Positions 9,519 to 19,481 of a stretch of 64,000 bases of DNA are shown here, one piece after another. A program made the translations under genes and the position numbers. Below the pieces are notes generated by a model that worked only from the letters and a program-made list of their open reading frames with translations, was not told where the DNA came from and made no database searches. Origin of the DNA: Oscillospiraceae bacterium. GTDB lineage: Bacteria > Bacillota > Clostridia > Oscillospirales > Ruminococcaceae. How positions within the stretch are numbered: position 1 is the first letter of the stretch; every line of letters starts with the position of its first letter. The stretch is taken from the NCBI GenBank assembly GCA_018110985.1, contig JAGAWT010000031.1:88491-152490 (forward strand), written 5' to 3'.

Positions 9519-10568
9519 TTATTCAAATATCACGCAGGACATGGACTGGTTTATAAAGTGAGAATTATAATGCTCACCATAGCCTATGATACCGCAGTAA
9601 TTGGTTATCTGGGACATAAGCCGCAGATATTCCCCCAGATAGCCGCTGTCGCTGAAAATATTGTACCTGTACAGGCAGTTTACGGAGAAGGAACCCGAAA
9701 TGCGGCTGAAATCCTTCTTTATGCGCTCGATGGTCTTGTTCACGGTGGTATTGAAATCAAGTATATCCATCATATAAAGCACGTCGGAATCGTTTACCTG
9801 CCTGAAGCATGTAAGCCCTGAACCCGATACATCGTCAAGCCCCACAAGGAAAATGTCCTTTCCCACAAGCCTGCCGAAGGGGGATTTTTTGGTGTGCTCG
9901 GACACGTCCGTGTCACGAATATGGTTCACTTCGGTGTAGACCTGCTTTGCCGGTCTTCCGTTGAGCTCACCGATGTAGTATTTCTCGGTGTTTGTCTTGC
10001 TGGCTATGTAGCGCACGTTGTTGCGTGGTCTGTAGAGGTTTTCCTTGTAGACCCTGACCTTTCCCGTGTTCTTTACAATGGCATAGGCATCCGCATCATT
10101 ATAAATGGCACCGTCCACCATGACCATATTGTCCCACGCAGTGCCGCCTGTGAGCTGTATGCCGTTTCTTTCAAGGACAACGCTCAGGGTGGTGAGCACG
10201 CAGGCATCGTTACCGGTGCAGAAATCTATGCAAACAGTATCCTCATGGCCGGGGGAGATCTTTCTCACATTGCTTTCAAATGTGTTTATATCCGTAATGG
10301 GAGCCTTTGACACATTCCTCAGAACGCCTGTCACGGCAGTGACCCCGTAGAAAGCCACAACACCCAGCTTTTCGTGGAATGCAGAATCGTAGAAATAGAG
10401 CTTGCACCCGATCTGCGGAACATCGGGGAACTTTTTTTTCAGCTCCGCACAGTGCTCTGTGAATTTGTCGGTGCTTGACAGCAGCATAAGCAGAGCCGGT
10501 GTGCCTGTAATGCCCTTTAATGCTTCGTTGAGGTCGCCCGATTCGCTTGATCCGATTATCTGATTCAT
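9519..10568 (-). CDS. FIST-domain sensory protein (FIST_N plus FIST_C)
   Basis: Domain architecture recognised by eye. Start is MNQIIG at 10568, with GGAAG upstream. FIST domains typically partner signal-transduction output domains. Confidence 0.65.
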   Translation of the reverse strand: MNQIIGSSESGDLNEALKGITGTPALLMLLSSTDKFTEHCAELKKKFPDVPQIGCKLYFYDSAFHEKLGVVAFYGVTAVTGVLRNVSKAPITDINTFESNVRKISPGHEDTVCIDFCTGNDACVLTTLSVVLERNGIQLTGGTAWDNMVMVDGAIYNDADAYAIVKNTGKVRVYKENLYRPRNNVRYIASKTNTEKYYIGELNGRPAKQVYTEVNHIRDTDVSEHTKKSPFGRLVGKDIFLVGLDDVSGSGLTCFRQVNDSDVLYMMDILDFNTTVNKTIERIKKDFSRISGSFSVNCLYRYNIFSDSGYLGEYLRLMSQITNYCGIIGYGEHYNSHFINQSMSCVIFE

Positions 10569-10611
10569 ATGATCACTTCCGTCACATAAAGTAGGATAAA
10601 CATATACTAAG

Positions 10612-10640
10612 ATTTTACCATATCCGAAAGGAAAATGCAA
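10612..10640 (-). promoter_or_regulatory. Sigma-70-like promoter for the FIST-MCP-MoxR operon (TTGCAT, 17-nt spacer, TAAAAT)
   Basis: Read on the minus strand: -35 at 10640-10635 and -10 at 10617-10612, with an exact 17-nt spacer. Confidence 0.5.
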
Positions 10641-10854
10641 GGGTTTTGGAAAAATTTGCGCCTTTCCCCTCAAAGCAGCGGACAAAGAACACCATCCGGA
10701 AGATGTCCTGTTTCCACAGACTTAATTCATATTTTCTTAACATATAGAGCTTTGATTTGTGGTATCATTAAATAGAGTGTACACATCCCGGCACCATATG
10801 CTGCGTTCTCACTCAAAAGGCTTTTATAGACGAAGTACATTTACGGAGATTGAT

Positions 10855-12561
10855 ATGAAAGCAAGTAAAAAAATAGGAAGAAAGACTACCATAGCCGCAA
10901 GGATAGTGCGCCTCTGTACTATCCTCGGAAGTATTGCCATACTGGCGGTGACGGGCGTCTACCAATATATCATGTTCATCCGGGAGAAAAAGTCAGTGGA
11001 GACGGAGCTGAACACTCTTACCTACGCCTTTTCCTCCGCCATCAGCAATGCGGATATCTACAACAACAAGATACTTGAAAACCTCTTTGTGGAGTTCGAT
11101 GCGGACAATGAATATGAAGCCAAGGGCTTTGCCATATCCCAGCTCGGAGCTGTGGTATCCGAGACCGACGGCAAGATATTCACCAAAGGAGAGAACGCCG
11201 TAGACAAAGGGGCGGAGGATCCCGCATACAATGACTTTGCGCTGCTTGTGGATGAGCTCGATACCCAGTTCAAGGACATAGACATAGTCCTGAACGGTAT
11301 GGCCGAGCGCACGGGCGTGAGGGAGATGACCGTGGGCGGAGTCCGCTACTTTGTGGGCTGGGCGCCCATCCGACGCTATGACACGCTGCGTGTCTATGTG
11401 TTCCTGCCCTATGAGAACGTTATGGCTCCTCTGAGGAGGATGTTCATCCTGTGTCCCGTCATATCGGCGGTCTACCTCGTCATATCCTTCTTCATAGCCC
11501 GTCTTGTGGCAAAGAGGATATCAAAGCCGCTGGTAGATGCTTCCGCGCGCATGGGCACACTTGCACGGGGCGACCTCACATCCCCCTACCCCCGCACCAG
11601 CATGAACGACGAGACCCTGTATCTTCTCAAGTCCCTTTCTCTTGTGGTAAAGGCGAACAACACCTACATAAGCGACATCACCCGCACCCTCAACGCCATT
11701 GCCGACGGGGATCTGAGCGTGACGCCACAGGCGGATTACCAGGGAGACTATGCCGAGCTGAAAACGGCTCTTGAAAGGATAATACAGTCTTTGAACGACA
11801 CCTTTGCAGAGGTGCACAAGGCGGCTCTGTCCGTAAACGACTGCTCCGTCCATGTATCCGAGGGCACCGCAGCCCTCTCACGCAATGCCGCCGATGAGAG
11901 CGATGCAGTCAGCCGCATAACCGAATCCGTTTCCGACGTGAACACAAGGATAATCCTCAACGCAAAGCAGGCGGAGCGTGCCTTTGAGATGACGGAGTCT
12001 GCCAACAGGTCGGCGGCGGGCGGCAGCGAATCCATGGCACAGATGGTAAATGCCATAGAGGAGATAGAAAAGACCTCCGCCCAGATAGAGCGCATAATTG
12101 CCGTGATAGACGATATCGCCTTCCAGACCAATATACTGGCTCTCAACGCCGCAGTAGAGGCAGCAAGAGCAGGCGATGCGGGCAAGGGCTTTGCTGTGGT
12201 GGCCGATGAAGTGCGCACTCTTGCAGTAAAATCCGGAGAAGCCGCCGCACACACCAAGGAGCTTATAGAAAACTCTCTTGAAGCTGTACGCAAGGGCACC
12301 GCTCTTGCGGCACAGACAAACACTTCTCTTGAAAACGTGGCGGAAATGGTAAACAGCACCATGAGGATCACCCGTGAGATAAGCCAGTCCGCCAACGAAC
12401 AGGCAAGAAAGATCAGCAGCATAAACGACAATATGGAGCACATTTCCGAGACCGTGAACGAGAATTCCCGCACCGCAGAGCAGAATGCGGCAGTTTCACA
12501 GGAGCTTTCCGGACAGTTCGAGGTGCTCAGCCGCATGATAAACAGGTTCAAGTTAAAATAA
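10855..12561 (+). CDS. Transmembrane methyl-accepting chemotaxis protein (two TM segments, HAMP, MCP signalling domain)
   Basis: TM1, a periplasmic region, TM2, HAMP and the conserved signalling domain ([37 protein letters not shown]). Start is MKASKK at 10855, with GGAGA 7 nt upstream. Confidence 0.85.
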   Translation: MKASKKIGRKTTIAARIVRLCTILGSIAILAVTGVYQYIMFIREKKSVETELNTLTYAFSSAISNADIYNNKILENLFVEFDADNEYEAKGFAISQLGAVVSETDGKIFTKGENAVDKGAEDPAYNDFALLVDELDTQFKDIDIVLNGMAERTGVREMTVGGVRYFVGWAPIRRYDTLRVYVFLPYENVMAPLRRMFILCPVISAVYLVISFFIARLVAKRISKPLVDASARMGTLARGDLTSPYPRTSMNDETLYLLKSLSLVVKANNTYISDITRTLNAIADGDLSVTPQADYQGDYAELKTALERIIQSLNDTFAEVHKAALSVNDCSVHVSEGTAALSRNAADESDAVSRITESVSDVNTRIILNAKQAERAFEMTESANRSAAGGSESMAQMVNAIEEIEKTSAQIERIIAVIDDIAFQTNILALNAAVEAARAGDAGKGFAVVADEVRTLAVKSGEAAAHTKELIENSLEAVRKGTALAAQTNTSLENVAEMVNSTMRITREISQSANEQARKISSINDNMEHISETVNENSRTAEQNAAVSQELSGQFEVLSRMINRFKLK

Positions 12562-12613
12562 GGGCTCAGCTTTGAGACCGTATGAATATTAAATTACAGG
12601 GAGAATGGATAAA

Positions 12614-14386
12614 ATGGACACTATGAAGGGTCTTCGCCGCAGTCATTACTGCGGCGATGTAACGCAGCCGGGGACAGAGGTAACAGTCGGAGGCTTTGTG
12701 GACAGGGTGAGAAATACGGGAGGAGTGCTCTTTGTGATCCTCCGTGACCGCACGGGCACAGTGCAGCTCACCTTCAACGACGAGACCGACAGAGCCGTTT
12801 TTGAAAAGGCTCAGAGCCTCAGAGGCGAATATGTGGTAATGGCTCACGGAAAGGTCTGCGAGCGTGAAAACCCCAACGAAAAGATGAAAACAGGCAGAGT
12901 CGAGATAATGGCAGACGACCTGCGCATACTCTCCAAGGCACAGACTCCTCCCTTTGAGATAGTGGAGGATTCCAACGCCAATGAGGAGCTGCGCCTTAAA
13001 TACCGTTATCTCGACCTTCGCCGTGCTCCCCTGCAGAAAAACATCATCATGAGGCATGAGATAGCAAGGGCAGCCAGAGAATATTTCTACGACAACGGGT
13101 TCATAGAGATAGAGACTCCTATGATGATGCGTTCCACGCCTGAGGGCGCAAGAGATTATCTCGTTCCCTCCCGCATACATCCCGGCAGCTTCTATGCCCT
13201 TCCCCAGTCTCCTCAGATCTACAAGCAGCTCCTCATGGTATCGGGCTTTGACCGTTACATCCAGCTGGCAAGGTGCTTCAGGGACGAGGATCTGCGTGCG
13301 GACAGGCAGCCGGAGTTCACTCAGATAGACCTGGAGATGTCCTTTGTGGATGAGGATGACATCCGCCGGTGTGTGGAGGGCTTTATAGCCTATGTCTTTG
13401 AGAAGGTACTGGGGAAGAAGGTACAGCTCCCCCTGCCCCACCTCACTTTTGCGGATGCCATGAACAGATACGGCTCCGATAAGCCGGATACCCGCTTCGG
13501 CTATGAGATAACAGACATCACTGCTGATGTGAAGGACATCGACTTCGTTGTGTTCAGGTCTGCCGTTGAGACGGGAGGCAGCGTGCGTGCCATCAACATC
13601 AAGGGCGGTGCTTCCGTCTATACCCGCAAGGAGATAGACAAGCTGACCGAGCACGCAAAGGGCATAGGTGCAAAGGGTCTGGCTTATATCCGCTGGGCAG
13701 AGGATGAGCCCAACATCTCCTTCAAGAAATTCCTTGGTGAGGGAGATGCGGAGAAGATATTCTCTGCCGTCGGTGCCGAAAAGGGAGATCTGGTGCTCAT
13801 CTGCGCCGACAGGAACAAGGTGGTGCTCACCGTTCTGGGTGCTCTGCGCTGCATATGTGCAAAGCGCATGGGCGTTATAGACGAGAGCCTTTACAATTTC
13901 CTGTGGATAACCGAGATGCCCTTCTTTGAGCAGGACGAGGAAACAGGCGAGTGGGCAGCGGCTCACCACCCGTTTACCATGCCGATGGAGGAATGCCTTG
14001 ATATACTGGATTCCGACCCCGCAAACGTGCGTGCGAAGGCATGGGACCTGGTACTCAACGGCACCGAGCTTTCCAGCGGCTCCATGCGTATAACCGATTT
14101 TGAGCTCCAGCAGAGGATGTTTGAGGCTCTGGGTCTCACCGAAGAGGAGATAGCCGCCAAATTCGGCTTCCTTGTGGATGCCTACCGCTACGGTGCGCCT
14201 CCTCACGGCGGTATGGGCATAGGTCTTGACCGTCTTGCAATGATACTCTGCGGTGCCTCCTCACTCCGTGATGTCACCGCCTTCCCCAAGGTGCAGAACG
14301 CATCCGAACTCATGAGCGGCTGTCCTTCCCCCGTTGACAGGGAAAACCTTGATATACTGGGGATAAGCGTACAGGAACAGGAATAA
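12614..14386 (+). CDS. aspS: Aspartyl-tRNA synthetase
   Basis: Class II aaRS with OB-fold anticodon domain, motifs 1-3 and a GAD insertion, bacterial-type (~590 aa). Confidence 0.9.
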   Translation: MDTMKGLRRSHYCGDVTQPGTEVTVGGFVDRVRNTGGVLFVILRDRTGTVQLTFNDETDRAVFEKAQSLRGEYVVMAHGKVCERENPNEKMKTGRVEIMADDLRILSKAQTPPFEIVEDSNANEELRLKYRYLDLRRAPLQKNIIMRHEIARAAREYFYDNGFIEIETPMMMRSTPEGARDYLVPSRIHPGSFYALPQSPQIYKQLLMVSGFDRYIQLARCFRDEDLRADRQPEFTQIDLEMSFVDEDDIRRCVEGFIAYVFEKVLGKKVQLPLPHLTFADAMNRYGSDKPDTRFGYEITDITADVKDIDFVVFRSAVETGGSVRAINIKGGASVYTRKEIDKLTEHAKGIGAKGLAYIRWAEDEPNISFKKFLGEGDAEKIFSAVGAEKGDLVLICADRNKVVLTVLGALRCICAKRMGVIDESLYNFLWITEMPFFEQDEETGEWAAAHHPFTMPMEECLDILDSDPANVRAKAWDLVLNGTELSSGSMRITDFELQQRMFEALGLTEEEIAAKFGFLVDAYRYGAPPHGGMGIGLDRLAMILCGASSLRDVTAFPKVQNASELMSGCPSPVDRENLDILGISVQEQE

Positions 14387-14402
14387 CGGAAAGAAACATA
14401 AA

Positions 14403-15701
14403 ATGAAATTTGAATGGAACAGTAAATACACCACAGTTTCCGTCTACACTGTCATCACCTTTACGGTGTGTGTCATAATACTTCAGCTCCTTTCCAAGAT
14501 AACCGAGCTGTGGGGCGGTTTCCTGAAGGTGGTAGATGTGCTGATGCCCGTCATATGGGGATTTGCCATTGCATATCTTCTGAACCCCTTTATGAAGCTC
14601 TGCGAACGGGGGTTCAAAAAGCTGCTTGAAAAGAAAGCACCCCGCCCCAAGCTGTGCAGAGGCCTTGCCACCGCATCAGCCCTTATCTTCGGTCTTGCAG
14701 TGATCGCAGCACTGACAGGTGTTATCGTGCCTCAGGTATTCCGCAGTCTGATGGGTATCTTCAACAACTTCACCACCTATGTGGACAATATAACCGACTG
14801 GGCGGACAAGGTGCTTGAAAACTACCCGCAGGTGAGAGAATCCATCAACGAACAGATACACAGCGCCGAAAGCAAGATGATCGAGTGGATAAACAACCTG
14901 ATCCCGAAAATGGGTGAGGTGGCTGTTAAGCTCAGAGACAGTGCACTGAACATAGTTGGCAGCATTGGCGATTTCCTTATCGGCTTCATAGTTGCTGTCT
15001 ACTTCCTTGCGGGCAAAGAGCACTTCCAGGCACAGGTGAAAAAGCTCTGTGCCGCCCTGCTCCCCGAAAAGTCCTACCACACCGTGCTGAGCGTCAGCGC
15101 CAAGACCAATACGAAGGTAGTGAGCTTTCTCTCCGGAAAGATCGTGGACTCCCTTATCATCGGCGTTATCTGCTTTATCGCCATGACTGTGATGCGCATA
15201 GAGTATGCTGTGCTCATAAGCACCATAATCGGTGTCACCAACATAATCCCCTTCTTCGGCCCCATAATCGGAGCCGTACCCTCCGCACTGCTGCTCCTGG
15301 TGTCAAATCCCTCACAGTTCCTGCCCTTTGTCATAATGGTGGTGCTGCTGCAGCAGTTTGACGGCAATTTCCTGGGGCCTCTCATCATAGGCGACTCCAC
15401 GGGACTTGCTCCCTTCTGGGTAATGTTTGCCATACTCATGGGCGGCGGTATGTTCGGCTTTGTGGGGATGGTACTTGGCGTGCCTTTCTTTGCGGTCATC
15501 TATGAGCTGTGTTCGGAACTGGTAGTAACGGCACTTGAAAAGAGAGGACTGTCGCCGAAGACAGATGATTATTACCCCGTTCCCGTTCCCGAAACGGAAG
15601 TAAAACGCAAAGCGGTCAAGATATTCGGCTTTACTCTTATCCCCGGTGAGGATGATAAGCAGGAATCAGTCAAAAGGGAGAGGAGCAGAAAAAAGCACTG
15701 A
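14403..15701 (+). CDS. AI-2E family transporter (PerM/YhhT/UPF0118)
   Basis: Eight TM segments and family-typical motifs. 17 nt downstream of aspS. Confidence 0.8.
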   Translation: MKFEWNSKYTTVSVYTVITFTVCVIILQLLSKITELWGGFLKVVDVLMPVIWGFAIAYLLNPFMKLCERGFKKLLEKKAPRPKLCRGLATASALIFGLAVIAALTGVIVPQVFRSLMGIFNNFTTYVDNITDWADKVLENYPQVRESINEQIHSAESKMIEWINNLIPKMGEVAVKLRDSALNIVGSIGDFLIGFIVAVYFLAGKEHFQAQVKKLCAALLPEKSYHTVLSVSAKTNTKVVSFLSGKIVDSLIIGVICFIAMTVMRIEYAVLISTIIGVTNIIPFFGPIIGAVPSALLLLVSNPSQFLPFVIMVVLLQQFDGNFLGPLIIGDSTGLAPFWVMFAILMGGGMFGFVGMVLGVPFFAVIYELCSELVVTALEKRGLSPKTDDYYPVPVPETEVKRKAVKIFGFTLIPGEDDKQESVKRERSRKKH

Positions 15702-16126
15702 TATTTTGTTGAAAATGACTGAAAAATTTTCCCGTTGCCGGCTGTATTACTTATAGTAAACGACATATACTCAATAACGATTTATCATGCCGTTTCAGAC
15801 TTCGCCAAAACCATAAGCTCAAGTTTTTGCTCGTCTTCAACTGGCTGATAATATCGTTATCGAGTATAATAATATGTAATCTGCATGGCGTTCCTTTCAG
15901 AAGAGGTATCCTTAGCCTCCCTCTCAGAGGGAGGTGGCAGCCCGATAAAAAACGCATTCAAACAATTTTTAGCAAAGCCATTTAAAAGTTGCAAGGCTGT
16001 ATGTTATCGCAAACACGGGCTGACGGAGGGAGTTTCCCCCGCAACAGCAACTTTTTACCCTGAGTACAATTATTCTTGTTGTTTGCTATATATAGGACAA
16101 ACCGCCTGTGTAAAGGAGATTTTTTC

Positions 16127-17284
16127 ATGAAAAGATTTATTGCACTGCTTTCGGCTCTGCTCATGACCGTTGCCGCACTTGTGTTTCCTGTTCATGTCGG
16201 CGCAGTGGGCATAAGCTTTGAGGATTATTTTGAGCTTGAAGAGCTGATGAATACCGGCAACGGAAAAAAAGAGATCCAAAAGATCGCCCCTGCCCTTGCA
16301 AAGGACAGATTTATTTTCCTGCCCTCTGTACTCACTGTCTTTGACATAACAAGCATTTATGTTGCAGAAGACATGACCTCTGTCCATGCTAAAACAGACG
16401 GCAACACTGTCGTATTCAACATGGTGTATGACGAGGACTTTTACGAAAGACATGTTTCGGAAATCAATACACCTGCATATGCTGATGCTGTGGAGATGAA
16501 TTATCACGGCACGGATATTGTCATTTTTGAAGAATGGCTGGATGAAGATGTAACCTGTGATTATCCATCATCTCAGACAACATATATGTACTCTATGTGG
16601 TTTAAGGAAAACGGCAGGTATTTCTATGTTTCCGTCACAAGCAATGAAGAGCTGGAAGATGATTATATAGCCGATTTTTCCAGATACCGCAGGCTGACCT
16701 TCGGAAAAGGCTTTGTGCGCCGTAACGGCAATATCACTTACATAAAGAAAAACGACAAAACCGCAAAGGGCTGGCTCACTGTGGGCGGAAGAAAGTATTA
16801 TTTCAGAAAAAACGGAAGTATGGCAAGAGGCAGGCTTAAGATAGGCGGCACAGTCTACAGCTTCAATGAGCATGGCGAATGCGAAGGAAAGTACACAGGG
16901 AAGAAGACTGTTTCAGAGAAGAAAAACTCCGCCGATGAATGGGGCATCACTCTTACTGCAAAAAATGTTACCCCCACAGGAATGACTATGGAGGTACTCT
17001 GGGACGGCAAAACCGTAAAAGGCGAAATAAGCTTCGGAGAATATTACTACCTTGAAAAAAAGAACGGTTCAAACTGGGAGCAAGTCCCATACATAGACGA
17101 GGCTTGTTTTATAGAGCCAGAATATATGCCCTCGCCGGGTGAGATCATGACCTTTGAAAAAAACTGGAAATTCTTCTATGGTGAGCTTGACAAGGGCGAA
17201 TACAGACTTTGCACGGAGTTCGGGCTTCACAGCTTAAACGGTGACTCCGAAAGAAAAATGTGCTATGCTTATTTCAGCATTTAA
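16127..17284 (+). CDS. Secreted protein with cell-wall-binding (choline-binding-type YG) repeats
   Basis: Signal peptide MKRFIALLSALLMTVAALVFPVHVGA. Repeats GWLTVGGRKYYFRKNGSMARGRLKIGGTVYSF. SD AGGAGA. Confidence 0.65.
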   Translation: MKRFIALLSALLMTVAALVFPVHVGAVGISFEDYFELEELMNTGNGKKEIQKIAPALAKDRFIFLPSVLTVFDITSIYVAEDMTSVHAKTDGNTVVFNMVYDEDFYERHVSEINTPAYADAVEMNYHGTDIVIFEEWLDEDVTCDYPSSQTTYMYSMWFKENGRYFYVSVTSNEELEDDYIADFSRYRRLTFGKGFVRRNGNITYIKKNDKTAKGWLTVGGRKYYFRKNGSMARGRLKIGGTVYSFNEHGECEGKYTGKKTVSEKKNSADEWGITLTAKNVTPTGMTMEVLWDGKTVKGEISFGEYYYLEKKNGSNWEQVPYIDEACFIEPEYMPSPGEIMTFEKNWKFFYGELDKGEYRLCTEFGLHSLNGDSERKMCYAYFSI

Positions 17285-17314
17285 TAAACAAAAGAGACAA
17301 TACGGGAGATCATA

Positions 17315-18568
17315 ATGGTATTTATCAAACGACTGACAGCGGGTGCGGCGGCACTTCTGATGTGCTTTTCCCTGCTGGGTACAGGTACTTCCGCCATATC
17401 CGACGGAGAGGATCCTGTTACAAGGACAAAGATAACCGAGACTGTCAGCAAGTCCGGTGTAAAGGGCTTCCGCAAGATAAGCAACAGGGTGTACAGCTTT
17501 ACCGACGGCGTAGGCACTCCCTTTACGGGAAAGACCAAGAACAGCGACGGCTACCACTACTATGTGAACGGTTCCCCCTGGTACGGCTGGATGAAGATAG
17601 GCTCCTACTGGTACTACTTCCGCCCGGACAAGCAGGGAGTCATGGCAACGGGTTCCGTAAACACCGTCACCGGCACCTATAAATTCGACTCCAAGGGGCG
17701 CTGGAACGGTGCTGTCACAAAATCCTCCCAGGCAAACAGCGGCTTTGGGGTACGGTACTGCGTGTCCTCTTCGGACTCCTACCTTGTGCTGGACACCTCC
17801 TCCAAGACCCTTATAAACGCTCTCAGCGAAAAGGATGCCAAAGACCACACCTTTACGGTCAGTGTCACCGCAAGAGACAGACAGGTGATCTACGAGATGT
17901 TCAGAGAATGTGAGCTGAACTCCATCACCTCCACACTGGACTACGGCGGGAACGGCACAGTATCTCTTTCGGTAAAGCTGGCGGGCGGCACATTCAGCGC
18001 GGAGACCGGCACCGACTGCTACAGATCCTACTCCTCCGACAAAGGCGTGCAGAAATTCGCATATTATACCGCTTTTCTGGAGCAGTACATAAAGTCTCTC
18101 CCGGAATACGAACAATCCGAGATGCTAAAGAGCGAAATGACCATGATAGAGGTCATTTCAGGGCAAAAGGTGTATAAGTACAAAAGCACATCCTACGGCA
18201 TAAAGGAAAGCAACATCAACCGTGATGTGATCTTCACGGGAAAGGCTTCCGTTACACAATTCGTGAAAAACACGCTGCTGAAAAGGAAAAATGTAAATTA
18301 CGGATACATAAAAAAGCTGCTCGGCTACAATGATGCCTTTTTCAAAGACCATGTCCTGCTGTACAGTGAAGCCCTTCTTCCCGCATCTGCTGTCACAAAG
18401 CAGGGAGACCTGACCTACGACAGCGAAAACTCTCTCTACACCTCGAATATAAAGGTAAAGGGCTCTTCTGGAAAGGCAAGCAAACAATATGTGATAATCA
18501 CGGAGGGAAAGCGTTCCGCCAACGAAAGAGGAAAGCTCAAGGGCGAGACTGTGCTCACCGATATATAA
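17315..18568 (+). CDS. Secreted protein with N-terminal cell-wall-binding repeats and a C-terminal domain of unknown function
   Basis: Signal peptide, WYGWMKIGSYWYYF repeats, SD GGGAGA. Confidence 0.65.
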   Translation: MVFIKRLTAGAAALLMCFSLLGTGTSAISDGEDPVTRTKITETVSKSGVKGFRKISNRVYSFTDGVGTPFTGKTKNSDGYHYYVNGSPWYGWMKIGSYWYYFRPDKQGVMATGSVNTVTGTYKFDSKGRWNGAVTKSSQANSGFGVRYCVSSSDSYLVLDTSSKTLINALSEKDAKDHTFTVSVTARDRQVIYEMFRECELNSITSTLDYGGNGTVSLSVKLAGGTFSAETGTDCYRSYSSDKGVQKFAYYTAFLEQYIKSLPEYEQSEMLKSEMTMIEVISGQKVYKYKSTSYGIKESNINRDVIFTGKASVTQFVKNTLLKRKNVNYGYIKKLLGYNDAFFKDHVLLYSEALLPASAVTKQGDLTYDSENSLYTSNIKVKGSSGKASKQYVIITEGKRSANERGKLKGETVLTDI

Positions 18569-18616
18569 ACAGCAGCCGCAGAGACTGCTCCCCCGTGGGC
18601 GATACAGAAGACCAAC

Positions 18617-18662
18617 GCCATAGTATTTCTGATGAATGGTCAGAAATACTATGGCGTTTTTG
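18617..18662. terminator. Bidirectional rho-independent terminator (16-bp perfect stem, 7-nt loop, T-tract)
   Basis: GCCATAGTATTTCTGA-TGAATGG-TCAGAAATACTATGGC followed by GTTTTTG. Sits between convergent genes. Confidence 0.65.
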
Positions 18663-18687
18663 ATGCTGACAAAAATAAGGATCTCAT

Positions 18688-19242
18688 TTATCTTCCTGCG
18701 TTCAGGAATCCTGCTATCCTGTCTATCCCCTCCAGAGCCTTTTTGTCCCGTGCAGCCGGTACGACATCCGTATTAAAGCTGCACACGACTTCATCTATAC
18801 TAAAGCAATTCATTTGATGCATAAGTGTGCAGGCTGTCTCATACGCTTTTTCAAACCTTCCGTCCCCACCGCCCACAAGAATGACCGCACCCTTCTTAGG
18901 GGCTATACCAATCTCCTCTTTTCGGAAAAACCTGCCGCAATAATATGTTTGCAGCCGGCTTGCCAGATCAAGGAGCTTCCCTGTCAACTCGGAAAAATAT
19001 ATCGGAGAAGCTATTACGATATTGTCACAATCCTCAATATAGCTATATACCTCCTGCATTTCATCCCTGATCGCACACCCCTTGTTTTTCCGGCAGTATC
19101 TGCAGTCCAGACACGGAGATATATTGCTTCTGTATGCGTCTACGATGCGGTACTCACCATCCAGAGCCTTTACCAGCCGCCCGATCAGACTTACTGTGTC
19201 TCCATGTACTCTCGGAGAGCCATTCAAAATAAGTGTTTTCAT
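18688..19242 (-). CDS. Iron-sulfur flavoprotein (Isf/NADPH-dependent FMN reductase-like flavodoxin fold)
   Basis: Flavodoxin-like N-terminus (MKTLILNGSPR) and a compact CX2CX2CX5C cysteine cluster (CLDCRYCRKNKGC). Start is MKTL at 19242, with AGGA upstream. Confidence 0.7.
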   Translation of the reverse strand: MKTLILNGSPRVHGDTVSLIGRLVKALDGEYRIVDAYRSNISPCLDCRYCRKNKGCAIRDEMQEVYSYIEDCDNIVIASPIYFSELTGKLLDLASRLQTYYCGRFFRKEEIGIAPKKGAVILVGGGDGRFEKAYETACTLMHQMNCFSIDEVVCSFNTDVVPAARDKKALEGIDRIAGFLNAGR

Positions 19243-19263
19243 TTTTATCCTCATATATCCTGA

Positions 19264-19365
19264 TACTAATTCTTCCTCGGTGTATAGACGATCTCCAAGC
19301 CTCAAATCCCTTATATTCAAGCATTTGCGGCTTGTTTCTTGTCTATACATCGGTCAGAAATTAGT
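19264..19365 (-). repeat. MITE-like palindromic repeat, copy E (inverted orientation, GAC/GTC stem sub-family)
   Basis: Same unit as 2721-3325 in reverse orientation. Sits in the 240-bp gap between the VWA gene stop and the isf start. Confidence 0.8.
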
Positions 19366-19481
19366 ATGCCAAGTTCCGGTATATCCGGGCCGCCTGTCAA
19401 ATACAATGCCCCTCTGAACGATGGGGCGACCGAATAAATACCCGCAGGACTATCACAGCCCTGCGGGTACCTTTGTCCGTA

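Noticed and set aside
8009-9556. 515-aa plus-strand ORF
   Set aside because: Entirely antisense to the MoxR and MCP genes, which have unambiguous conserved motifs. Low-complexity mirror translation with no RBS.
12566-14206. 546-aa minus-strand ORF
   Set aside because: Antisense shadow of aspS. The aspS frame carries all class II motifs.
15885-16130. 81-aa ORF in the leader of the cell-wall-binding protein gene
   Set aside because: No RBS. It overlaps the hairpin region and its composition is atypical.
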